A stretch of 64,000 bases of DNA, taken from the NCBI RefSeq assembly GCF_009914755.1, contig NC_060937.1; one strand, written 5' to 3'. Positions 1 to 14,400 of the stretch are shown here, one piece after another (position 1 is the first letter of the stretch; the number at the start of each line of letters is the position of its first letter). A program made the position numbers and the translations under genes. This DNA is from the human T2T-CHM13v2.0 reference genome, Homo sapiens. The notes below the pieces were generated by a model. The model had not been told where the DNA came from. It saw only the letters and a program-made list of their open reading frames with translations, and made no database searches.

Positions 1-1639
1 TGTACATAAAATATCAAAGTACCCAAAGTATATATTATATACTGTACATAAAATATAAAATACCCCAAATATATATTATATGCTCTACATAAAATATCAA
101 AGTACACAAAATATGTATTATATACTGTACATAAAATACCAAAGGACCCAAAATATATATTATATACTGTACATAAAATATCAAAATACCCAAAATATAT
201 ATTATATACTGTACATAAAATACCAAAGTACCCAAAGTATATATTATATACCGTACAAAAAATATCAAAGTAGCCAAAATATGTATTATACACTGTACAT
301 AATATATGAAAGTACCCAAACATTTATAATAAACTGTACATAAAATATCAATGTACTCAAACTATATATTATGTGCGGTACATAAGATATCAAAGTACCC
401 ATACTATATAGTATATACTGTACTTAAAATATCAAAATACCCAAAATATATATTATATACGTTACATAAACTATCACATACACAAAGTATGTATTATATA
501 CTGTACATAAAATAGCAAAGTTCCCAAAATATGTATTATATACTGTACATAAAATATGAAAGTACCCAACCATTCATAATAAAGTCTACATAAAATACCA
601 AAGTACCCAAACTGTGTATTATATACTGTCCATAAAATATCAAAGGACCCAAAATATATATTGTAAACTCTACATAAAATATCAAAGTAGCCAAAATACA
701 TATTGTATACTGTACATAAAATATAAAAGTACCCGAAATATATATTATATACTGTACATAAAATATCAAAGTACCCATAATACATATTATATACTGTACA
801 TAAAATAACAAAGGACCCAAAATAAACATTATATACTGTACATAAAATATCCAAATACTCAAAATATATATTACATACTGTACATAAAATATCAAAGTAC
901 CCAAATTATGTATTATATACTGTACGTAAAATATCAGAGTACCCAAAATATGCATTATATACTGTACATAAAATATGAAAGTAACAAAACATTTATAATA
1001 AACTGTACATAAAATATCAAAGTACTCAAACTATATATCATATACTGTACATAAAATATCAAAGTACCCAAACTGTGTATTATTATATACTGTATATAAA
1101 ATATCAAAGTACCTGAAATATATATTGTATACTGTACATAAAATATCAAAGTACCCAAAATATATACTATATACTGTACATAAAATATGAAGGTACATCA
1201 AATATATATTATATCCTGTACATAAAATATCAAAGTACACCTATTATATATTGTGTACTGTACATAATATATTAAATCGCCCAAATATATATTGTATACT
1301 GTATATAAAATATGAAGGTACTTCAAATATATATTATATGCTGCACATAAAATATCAAAGTACCCAAAGAATGCATTACATACTGTACATAAAATATCAA
1401 AATACACATGTTATCTATTATATAATGTACATAAAATATGAAGGTTCATCAAATATATATTATATTCTGTACATAATATATCAAAGTACATCAAATATAT
1501 ATTATATACTGTACATAAAATATCAAAGTACCAAAAATATGTATTATATACTGTACATAAAACATGAAAGTAACCAAACATTTATAATAAACTGTACATA
1601 AAATATCAAAGTACTCAATCTACATATTATATACAGTAT

Positions 1640-4600
1640 ATAAAATATCAAAGTACACAAACTGTATATTATATACTGTACATAATATATCAAAGTACCC
1701 AGAATATATAGCATACTGTACATACAATATCAAAGTACCCAGAATGTATATTGTATTCTGTACATAAAATATGAATGTACATCAAAGATATATTATATTC
1801 TGTACATAAAATATCAAAGTACACCAAATATATATTATATGCTGTACATAATATATTAAAGTTGCCCATGCATACATTTTATACTGTACATAAAATATGA
1901 AGGTACATCAAATATATAGTATATGCTGCACATAAAATATCAAAGTACCCAAAGTATGTATTATATACTGTACATAAAATATCAAAGTACCAAAAGTATA
2001 TATTACCTACTGTAAATAAAATATGAAGATACCTCAAATATATATTATATTCTGTACATGAAATATCAAAGTACACCAAGTATATACTATATAGTCTACA
2101 TAAAATATTAAATTACCCAAAATATGTATTGTATTGTGTACATAAAATATGAAAGTAACCAAACATTTATAATAAACTGTACATAAAATATCAAAGTACT
2201 CAAACTTTATATTATATACTGTACATAAAGTATCAAAGTACCCAAACTGTGTAGTATATACTGTACATAAAATATCAAGGTACCCAAAATGTATATTGTA
2301 AACTGTAGATAAAATATCAAAGTACCCAAAATATATATTATATACTGTACATAAAATATGAAGGCTCATCCAATATATATTATATTCTGTACATAAAATA
2401 TCAAAGTACACCAAATGTATATTATATACTGTACATAAAATATAAAACTACCCCAAATATATCTTATATACTCTACATAAAATATCAAAGTACCCAAAAT
2501 ATATATTATATACTGTACATAAAATATCAAAGTACCCATAGTATGTATTATATCCTGTACATAAAATATGAAGGTACATCAAATATATATTCTATTCTGC
2601 ACATAAAATATCATATTGCACCAAATATATATTGTATACTGTATATAAAATATGAAGGTACTTCAAATATATATTATATGCTGCACATAAAATATCAAAG
2701 TACCCAAAGTATGCATTATATACTGTACATAAAATATCAAAGTACCCAAAGTGTATATTATATACTGTACATAAAATATGAAGGTTCATCAAATATATTT
2801 TATATTCTGCACATAATATATCAAAGTACAGCAAATATATATTATATACTGTACATAAAATATCAAAGTACCCAAAATATGTATTATATACTGTACATAA
2901 AATATGAAAGTAACCAAACATTTATAATAAACTGTACATAAAATATCAAAGTACTCAAACTACATATTATATACAGTATATAAAATGTCAAAGTACCCAA
3001 ACTGTATATTATATACTGTACATAATATATCAAAGTACCCGAATATATAGCATACTGTACATAAAATATCAAAGTACCCAAAATATATATTGTATACTGT
3101 ACATAAAATATGAAGGTACATCAAAGATATATTATATTCTGTACATAAAATATCAAAGTACACCAAATATATATTATATGCTGTACAGAATATATTAAAG
3201 TCGACCAAATATATATTATATACTGTACATAAAATATGAAGGTACATCAAATATATATTATATGCTGCACATAAAATATCAAAGTACCCAAAGTATGTAT
3301 TATATACTGTACATAAAATATCAAAGTACCCAAATATATATTATATACTGTACATAAAATATAAAATACCCCAAATATATATTATATCCTGTACATAAAA
3401 TATCAAAGTACCCAAAATATATATTGTAAATTGTACATAAAATATCAAAGTAGCCAAAATATATATTGTATACTGTACATAAAATATGAAGGTACATCAA
3501 ATATATATTATATCCTGTACATAAAATATCAAAGTACCCAAAATATATATTGTAAATTGTACATAAAATATCAAAGTAGCCAAAATATATATTGTATACT
3601 GTACATAAAATATAAAAGTACCCCAAATATGTATTATATACTGTACATAAAATATCAAAGTACCGATAATACATATTATATACTGTACATAAAATATCAA
3701 AGGACCCAAAATAAACATTATATACTGTACATAAAATATCCAAATACTCAAAATATATATTACATACTGTACATAAAATATCAAAGTACCCAAATTATGT
3801 ATTATATACTGTACGTAAAATATCAGAGTACCCAAAATATGCATTATATACTGTACATAAAATATGAAAGTAACAAAACATTTATAATAAACTGTACATA
3901 AAATATCAAAGTACTCAAACTATATATCATATACTGTACATAAAATATCAAAGTACCCAAACTGTATATTATTATATACTGTATATAAAATATCAAAGTA
4001 CCTGAAATATATATTGTATACTGTACATAAAATATCAAAGTACCCAAAATATATACTATATACTGTACATAAAATATGAAGGTACATAAATATATATTAT
4101 ATCCTGTACATAAAATATCAAAGTACACCTATTATATATTGTGTACTCTACATAATATATTAAGTCGCCCAAATATATATTGTATACTGTATATAAAATA
4201 TGAAGGTACTTCAAATATATATTATATGCTGCACATAAAATATCAAAGTACCCAAGGTATGCATTACATACTGTACATAAAATATCAAAGTACACATATT
4301 ATATATTATATAATATACATAAAATATGAAGGTTCATCAAATATATATTATATTCTGTACATAATATATCAAAGTACATCAAATATATATTATATACTGT
4401 ACATAAAATATCAAAGTACCAAAAATATGTATTATATACTGTACATAAAATATGAAAGTAACCAAACATTTATAATATACTGTACATAAAATATCAAAGT
4501 ACTCAGTCTACATATTACATACAGTATATAAAATATCAAAGTACACACACTGTATATTATATACTGTACATAATATATCAAAGTACCCAGAATATATAAC

Positions 4601-7600
4601 ATACTGTACATAAAATATCAAAGTACCCGAAATATATATGGTATACTGTACATAAAATATGAAGGTACATCAAAGATATATTATATTCTGTACATAAAAT
4701 ATCAAACTACACCAAATATATATTATATGCTGTACATAATATATTAAAGTTGCCCAAATACACATTCTATACTGTACATAAAATATGAATGTACATCAAA
4801 TATATAGTATATGCTGCACATAAAATATCAAAGTACCCAAAGTATGTATTATACACTGTACATAAAATATCAAAGTACCAAAAGTATATATTACATACTG
4901 TAAATAAAATATGAAGGTACCTCAAATATATATTATATTCTGTACATAAAATATCAAAGTCCACCAAGTATATACTATATACTCTGCATAAAATATTAAA
5001 TTACCCAAAATATGTATTGCATTGTGTACATAAAATATGAAAGTAACCAAACATTTATAATAAACTGTACATAAAATATCAAAGTACTCAAACTGTATAT
5101 TATATACTGTACATAAAGTATCAAAGTACCCAAACTGTGTAGTATATACTGTACATAAAATATCAAGGTACCCAAAATATATATTGTAAACTGTAGATTA
5201 AATATCAAAGTACCCAAAATATATATTATATACTGTACATAAAATATGAAGGCACATCCAATATATACTATATTCTGTACATAAAATATCAAAGTACACC
5301 AAATGTATATTATATACTGTACATAAAATATGAAGGTTCATCAAATATATTTTATATTCTGCACATAATATATCAAAGTACAGCAAATATATATTATATA
5401 CTGTACATAAAATATCAAAGTACCCAAAATATGTATTATATACTGTACATAAAATATGAAAGTAACCAAACATTTATAATAAACTTTACATAAAGTATCA
5501 AAGTACTCAAACTACATATTATATACAGTATATAAAATATCAAAGTACCCCAACTGTATATTATATACTGTACATAATATATCAAAGTACCCGAATATAT
5601 AGCATACTCTACATAAAATATCAAAGTACCCAAATTTTGTATTATACACTGCACATAAAATATGAAGGTACATCAAAGATATATTATATTCTGTACATAA
5701 AATATCAAAGTACACCAAATATATATTATATGCTGTACATAATATATTAAAGTCGACCAAATATATATTATATACTGTACATAAAATATGAAGGTACATC
5801 AAATATATATTATATGCTGCACATAAAATATCAAAGTACCCAAAGTATGTGTTATATACTGTACATAAAATATCAAAGTACCCAAAGTATATATTATATA
5901 CTGTACATAAAATATAAAATACCCCAAATATATATTATATGCTGTACATAAAATATCAAAGTACACAAAATATGTATTATATACTGTACATAAAATACCA
6001 AAGGACCCAAAATATATATTATATACTGTACATAAAATATCAAAATACCCAAAATATATATTATATACTGTACATAAAATACCAAAGTACCCAAAGTATA
6101 TATTAGATACCGTACAAAAAATATCAAAGTAGCCAAAATATGTATTATACACTGTACATAATATATGAAAGTACCCAAACATTTATAATAAACTGTACAT
6201 AAAATATCAATGTACTCAAACTATATATTATGTGCGGTACATAAGATATCAAAGTACCCATACTATATAGTATATACTGTACTTAAAATATCAAAATACC
6301 CAAAATATATATTATATACGTTACATAAACTATCAAATACACAAAGTATGTATTATATACTGTACATAACATAGCAAAGTTCCCAAAATATGTATTATAT
6401 ACTGTACATAAAATATGAAAGTAGCCAACCATTTATAATAAAGTCTACATAAAATACCAAAGTACCCAAACTGTGTATCATATACTGTCCATAAAATATC
6501 AAAGGACCCAAAATATATATTGTAAACTCTACATAAAATATCAAAGTAGCCAAAATACATATTGTATACTGTACATAAAATATAAAAGTACCCAAATATA
6601 TATTATATACTGTACATAAAATATCAAAGTACCCATAATACATATTATACACTGTACATAAAATATCAAAGGACCCAAAATAAACATTATATACTGTACA
6701 TAAAATCTCCAAATACTCAAAATATATATTACATACTGTACATAAAATATCAAAGTACCCAAATTATGTGTTATATACTGTACGTAAAATATCAGAGTAC
6801 CCAAAATATGCATTATATACTGTACATAAAATATGAAATTAAAAAAACATTTATAATAAACTGTACATAAAATATCAAAGTACTCAAACTATATATCATA
6901 TACTGTACATAAAATATCAAAGTACCCAAACTGTGTATTATTATATACTGTATATAAAATATCAAAGTACCTGAAATATATATTGTATACTGTACATAAA
7001 ATATCAAAGTACCCAAAATATATACTATATACTGTACATAAAATATGAAGGTACATCAAATATATATTATATCCTGTACATAAAATATCAAAGTACACCT
7101 ATTATATATTGTGTACTGCACATAATATATTAAATCGCCCAAATATATATTGTATACTGTATATAAAATATGAAGGTACTTCAAATATATATTATATGCT
7201 GCACATAAAATATCAAAGTACCCAAAGTATGCATTACATACTGTACATAAAATATCAAATTACACAAATTATATATTATATTCTGTACATAAAATATGTA
7301 GGTTCTTCAAATATACTTTATATTCTGTACATAATATATCAAAGTACATCAAATATATATTATATACGGTACATAAAATATCAAAGTACCCAAAATATGT
7401 ATTAATTACTGTGCATAAAATATGAAAGTAACCAAACATTTATAATAAACTGTACATAAAATATCAAACTACTCAATCTACATATTATATACAGTATATA
7501 AAATATCAAAGTACACAAACTGTATATTATATACTGTACATAATATATCAAAGTACCCAGAATATATAGCATACTGTACATACAATATCAAAGTACCCAG

Positions 7601-10600
7601 AATGTATATTGTATTCTGTACATAAAATATGAATGTACATCAAAGATATATTATATTCTGTACATAAAATATCAAAGTACACCAAATATATATTATATGC
7701 TGTACATAATATATTAAAGTTGCCCATGCATACATTTTATACTGTACATAAAATATGAAGGTACATCAAATATATAGTATATGCTGCACATAAAATATCA
7801 AAGTACCCAAAGTATGTATTATATACTGTACATAAAATATCAAAGTACCAAAAGTATATATTACCTACTGTAAATAAAATATGAAGATACCTCAAATATA
7901 TATTATATTCTGTACATGAAATATCAAAGTACACCAAGTATATACTATATAGTCTACATAAAATATTAAATTACCCAAAATATGTATTGTATTGTGTACA
8001 TAAAATATGAAAGTAACCAAACATTTATAATAAACTGTACATAAAATATCAAAGTACTCAAACTTTATATTATATACTGTACATAAAGTATCAAAGTACC
8101 CAAACTGTGTAGTATATACTGTACATAAAATATCAAGGTACCCAAAATGTATATTGTAAACTGTAGATAAAATATCAAAGTACCCAAAATATATATTATA
8201 TACTGTACATAAAATATGAAGGCTCATCCAATATATATTATATTCTGTACATAAAATATCAAAGTACACCAAATGTATATTATATACTGTACATAAAATA
8301 TAAAACTACCCCAAATATATCTTATATACTCTACATAAAATATCAAAGTACCCAAAATATATATTATATACTGTACATAAAATATCAAAGTACCCATAGT
8401 ATGTATTATATCCTGTACATAAAATATGAAGGTACATCAAATATATATTCTATTCTGCACATAAAATATCATATTGCACCAAATATATATTGTATACTGT
8501 ATATAAAATATGAAGGTACTTCAAATATATATTATATGCTGCACATAAAATATCAAAGTACCCAAAGTATGCATTATATACTGTACATAAAATATCAAAG
8601 TACCCAAAGTGTATATTATATACTGTACATAAAATATGAAGGTTCATCAAATATATTTTATATTCTGCACATAATATATCAAAGTACAGCGAATATATAT
8701 TATATACTGTACATAAAATATCAAAGTACCCAAAATATGTATTATATACTGTACATAAAATATGAAAGTAACCAAACATTTATAATAAACTGTACATAAA
8801 ATATCAAAGTACTCAAACTACATATTATATACAATATATAAAATGTCAAAGTACCCAAACTGTATATTATATACTGTACATAATATATCAAAGTACCCGA
8901 ATATATAGCATACTGTACATAAAATATCAAAGTACCCAAAATATATATTGTATACTGTACATAAAATATGAAGGTACATCAAAGATATATTATATTCTGT
9001 ACATAAAATATCAAAGTACACCAAATATATATTATATGCTGTACAGAATATATTAAAGTCGACCAAATATATATTATATACTGTACATAAAATATGAAGG
9101 TACATCAAATATATATTATATGCTGCACATAAAATATCAAAGTACCCAAAGTATGTATTATATACTGTACATAAAATATCAAAGTACCCAAAGTATATAT
9201 TATATACTGTACATAAAATATAAAATACCCCAAATATATATTATATCCTGTACATAAAATATCAAAGTACCCAAAATATATATTGTAAATTGTACATAAA
9301 ATATCAAAGTAGCCAAAATATATATTGTATACTGTACATAAAATATGAAGGTACATCAAATATATATTATATCCTGTACATAAAATATCAAAGTACCCAA
9401 AATATATATTGTAAATTGTACATAAAATATCAAAGTAGCCAAAATATATATTGTATACTGTACATAAAATATAAAAGTACCCCAAATATGTATTATATAC
9501 TGTACATAAAATATCAAAGTACCGATAATACATATTATATACTGTACATAAAATATCAAAGGACCCAAAATAAACATTATATACTGTACATAAAATATCC
9601 AAATACTCAAAATATATATTACATACTGTACATAAAATATCAAAGTACCCAAATTATGTATTATATACTGTACGTAAAATATCAGAGTACCCAAAATATG
9701 CATTATATACTGTACATAAAATATGAAAGTAACAAAACATTTATAATAAACTGTACATAAAATATCAAAGTACTCAAACTATATATCATATACTGTACAT
9801 AAAATATCAAAGTACCCAAACTGTATATTATTATATACTGTATATAAAATATCAAAGTACCTGAAATATATATTGTATACTGTACATAAAATATCAAAGT
9901 ACCCAAAATATATACTATATACTGTACATAAAATATGAAGGTACATAAATATATATTATATCCTGTACATAAAATATGAAAGTACACCTATTATATATTG
10001 TGTACTCTACATAATATATTAAGTCGCCCAAATATATATTGTATACTGTATATAAAATATGAAGGTACTTCAAATATATATTATATGCTGCACATAAAAT
10101 ATCAAAGTACCCAAGGTATGCATTACATACTGTACATAAAATATCAAAGTACACATATTATATATTATATAATATACATAAAATATGAAGGTTCATCAAA
10201 TATATATTATATTCTGTACATAATATATCAAAGTACATCAAATATATATTATATACTGTACATAAAATATCAAAGTACCAAAAATATGTATTATATACTG
10301 TACATAAAATATGAAAGTAACCAAACATTTATAATATACTGTGCATAAAATATCAAAGTACTCAGTCTACATATTACATACAGTATATAAAATATCAAAG
10401 TACACACACTGTATGTTATATACTGTACATAATATATCAAAGTACCCAGAATATATAACATACTGTACATAAAATATCAAAGTACCCGAAATATATATGG
10501 TATACTGTACATAAAATATGAAGGTACATCAAAGATATATTATATTCTGTACATAAAATATCAAACTACACCAAATATATATTATATGCTGTACATAATA

Positions 10601-11480
10601 TATTAAAGTTGCCCAAATACACATTCTATACTGTACATAAAATATGAACGTACATCAAATATATAGTATATGCTGCACATAAAATATCAAAGTACCCAAA
10701 GTATGTATTATACACTGTACATAAAATATCAAAGTACCAAAAGTATATATTACATACTGTAAATAAAATATGAAGGTACCTCAAATATATATTATATTCT
10801 GTACATAAAATATCAAAGTCCACCAAGTATATACTATATACTCTGCATAAAATATTAAATTACCCAAAATATGTATTGCATTGTGTACATAAAATATGAA
10901 AGTAACCAAACATTTATAATAAACTGTACATAAAATATCAAAGTACTCAAACTGTATATTATATACTGTACATAAAGTATCAAAGTACCCAAACTGTGTA
11001 GTATATACTGTACATAAAATATCAAGGTACCCAAAATATATATTGTAAACTGTAGATTAAATATCAAAGTACCCAAAATATATATTATATACTGTACATA
11101 AAATATGAAGGCACATCCAATATATACTATATTCTGTACATAAAATATCAAAGTACACCAAATGTATATTATATACTGTACATAAAATATCAAAGTACCC
11201 AAAGTGTATATTATATACTGTACATAAAATATGAAGGTTCATCAAATATATTTTATATTCTGCACATAATATATCAAAGTACAGCAAATATATATTATAT
11301 ACTGTACATAAAATATCAAAGTACCCAAAATATGTATTATATACTGTACATAAAATATGAAAGTAACCAAACATTTATAATAAACTTTACATAAAGTATC
11401 AAAGTACTCAAACTACATATTATATACAGTATATAAAATATCAAAGTACCCCAACTGTATATTATATACTGTACATAATA
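1640..11480 (+). repeat. Direct duplication of a ~4-kb variant block at offset 5,858-5,859 bp (about 1640-5580 and 7500-11480)
   Basis: ORF pairs 1879/7737, 2034/7892, 2543/8401, 3431/9290 and 4767/10626. Shared private motifs TCATATTGCA, GTACCGATAA and AAAGTCCACC. Confidence 0.87.
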
Positions 11481-14400
11481 TATAAAGGTACCCAAATATA
11501 TAGCATACTGTACATAAAATATCAAAGTACCCAAAATATATATTATATACTGTACATAAAATATCAAAATACCCAAAATATATATTATATACTGTACATA
11601 AATTACCAAAGTACCCAAAGTATATATTATGTAACGTACAAAAAATATCAAAGTAGCCAAAATATGTATTATACACTGTACTTAATATATGAAAGTACCC
11701 AAACATTTATAATAAACTGTAAATAAAATATCAATGTACTCAAACTATATATTATGTGCGGTACATAAGATATCAAAGTACCCATGCTATATAGTATATA
11801 CTGTACTTAAAATATCAAAATACCCAAAATATATATTATATACGTTACATAAACTATCAAATACACAAAGTATGTATTATATACTGTACATAAAATAGCA
11901 AAGTTCCCAAAATATGTATTATATACTGTACATAAAATATGAAAGTACCCAACCATTTATAATAAACTCTACATAAAATACCAAAGTACCCAAACTGTGT
12001 ATTATATACTGTCCATAAAATATCAAAGGACCCAAAATATATATTGTAAACTCTACATAAAATATCAAAGTAGCCAAAATACATATTGTATACTGTACAT
12101 AAAATATAAAAGTACCCCAAATATATATTATATACTGTACATAAAATATCAAAGTACCCATAATACATATTATATACTGTACATAAAATATCAAAGGACC
12201 CAAAATAAACATTATATACTGTACATAAAATATCCAAATACTCAAAATATATATTACATACTGTACATAAAATATCAAAGTACCCAAATTATGTATTATA
12301 TACTGTATATAAAATATCAGAGTACCCAAAATATGCATTATATACTGTACATAAAATATGAAGGTACATCAAATATATAGTATATGCTGCACATAAAATA
12401 TCAAAGTACCCAAAGTATGTATTATATACTGTACATAAAATATCAAAGTACCAAAAGTATATATTACCTACTGTAAAAAAATATGAAGATACCTCAAATA
12501 TATATTATATTCTGTACATAAAATATCAAAGTGCACCAAGTATATACTATATACTCTACATAAAATATTAAATTACCCAAAATATGTATTGTATTGTGTA
12601 CATAAAATATGAAAGTAACCAAACATTTATAATAAACTGTACATAAAATATCAAAGTACTCAAACTTTATATTATATACTGTACATAAAGTATCAAAGTA
12701 CCCAAACTGTGTAGTATATACTGTACATGAAATATCAAGGTACCCAAAATGTATATTGTAAACTGTAGATAAAATATCAAAGTACCCAAAATATATATTA
12801 TATACTGTACATAAAATATGAAGGCACATCCAATATATATTATATTCTGTACATAAAATATCAAAGTACACCAAATGTATATTATATACTGTACATAAAA
12901 TATAAAACTACCCCAAATATATCTTATATACTCTACATAAAATATCAAAGTACCCAAAATATATATTATATACTGTACATAAAATATCAAAGTACCCATA
13001 GTATGTATTATATCCTGTACATAAAATATGAAGGTACATCAAATATATATTCTATTCTGCACATAAAATATCATATTGCACCAAATATATATTGTATACT
13101 GTATATAAAATATGAAGGTACTTCAAATATATATTATATGCTGCACATAAAATATCAAAGTACCCAAAGTATGCATTATATACTGTACATAAAATATCAA
13201 AGTACCCAAAGTGTATATTATATACTGTACATAAATTATGAAGGTTCATCAAATATATTTTATATTCTGCACATAATATATCAAAGTACAGCAAATATAT
13301 ATTATATATTGTACATAAAATAACAAAGTACCAAAAATATGTATTATATACTGTACATAAAATATGAAAGTAACCAAATATTTATAATAAACTGTATATA
13401 AAATATCAAAGTACTCAAACTACATATTATATACAGTATATAAAATATCAAAGTACCCAAACTATATATTATATACTGTACATACTATATCAAAGTACCC
13501 AAATATATAGCATACTGTCCGTAAAATATCAAAGTACCCAAAATATATATTGTATACTGTACATAAAATATGAAGGTACATCAAAGATATATTATATCCT
13601 GTACATAAAATATCAAAGTACACCAAATATATTTTATATGCTGTACATAATATATTAAAGTCGACCAAATATATATTATATACTGTACATAAAATATGAA
13701 GGTACCTCAACTATATATTATATGCTGCACATAAATTATCAAAGTACCCAAAGTATGTATTATATACTGTACATAAAATATCAAAGTACCCAAAGTATAT
13801 ATTATATACTGTACATAAAATATAAAATACCCCAAATATATATTATATGCTGTACATAAAATATCAAAGTACACAAAATATGTATTATGTACTGTACATA
13901 CAATATAAAGGACCCAAAATATATACTATATACTGTACATAAAATATCAAAATACCCAAAATATATATTATATACTGTACATAAAATACCAAAGTACCCA
14001 AAGTATATATTATATACCGTACAAAAAATATCAAAGTAGCCAAAATATGTATTATACACTGTACATAATATATGAAAGTACCCAAACATTTATAATAAAC
14101 TGTACATAAAATATCAATGTACTCAAACTATGTATTATGTGCGGTACATAACATATCAAAGTATCCATACTATATAGTATGTACTGCACTTAAAATATCA
14201 AAATACCCAAAATATATATTATATACGTTACATAAACTATCAAATACACAAAGTATGTATTATATACTGTACATAAAATAGCAAAGTTCCCAAAATATGT
14301 ATTATATACTGTACATAAAATATGAAAGTACCCAACCATTTATAATAAACTCTACATAAAATACCAAAGTACCCAAACTGTGTATTATATACTGTCCATA

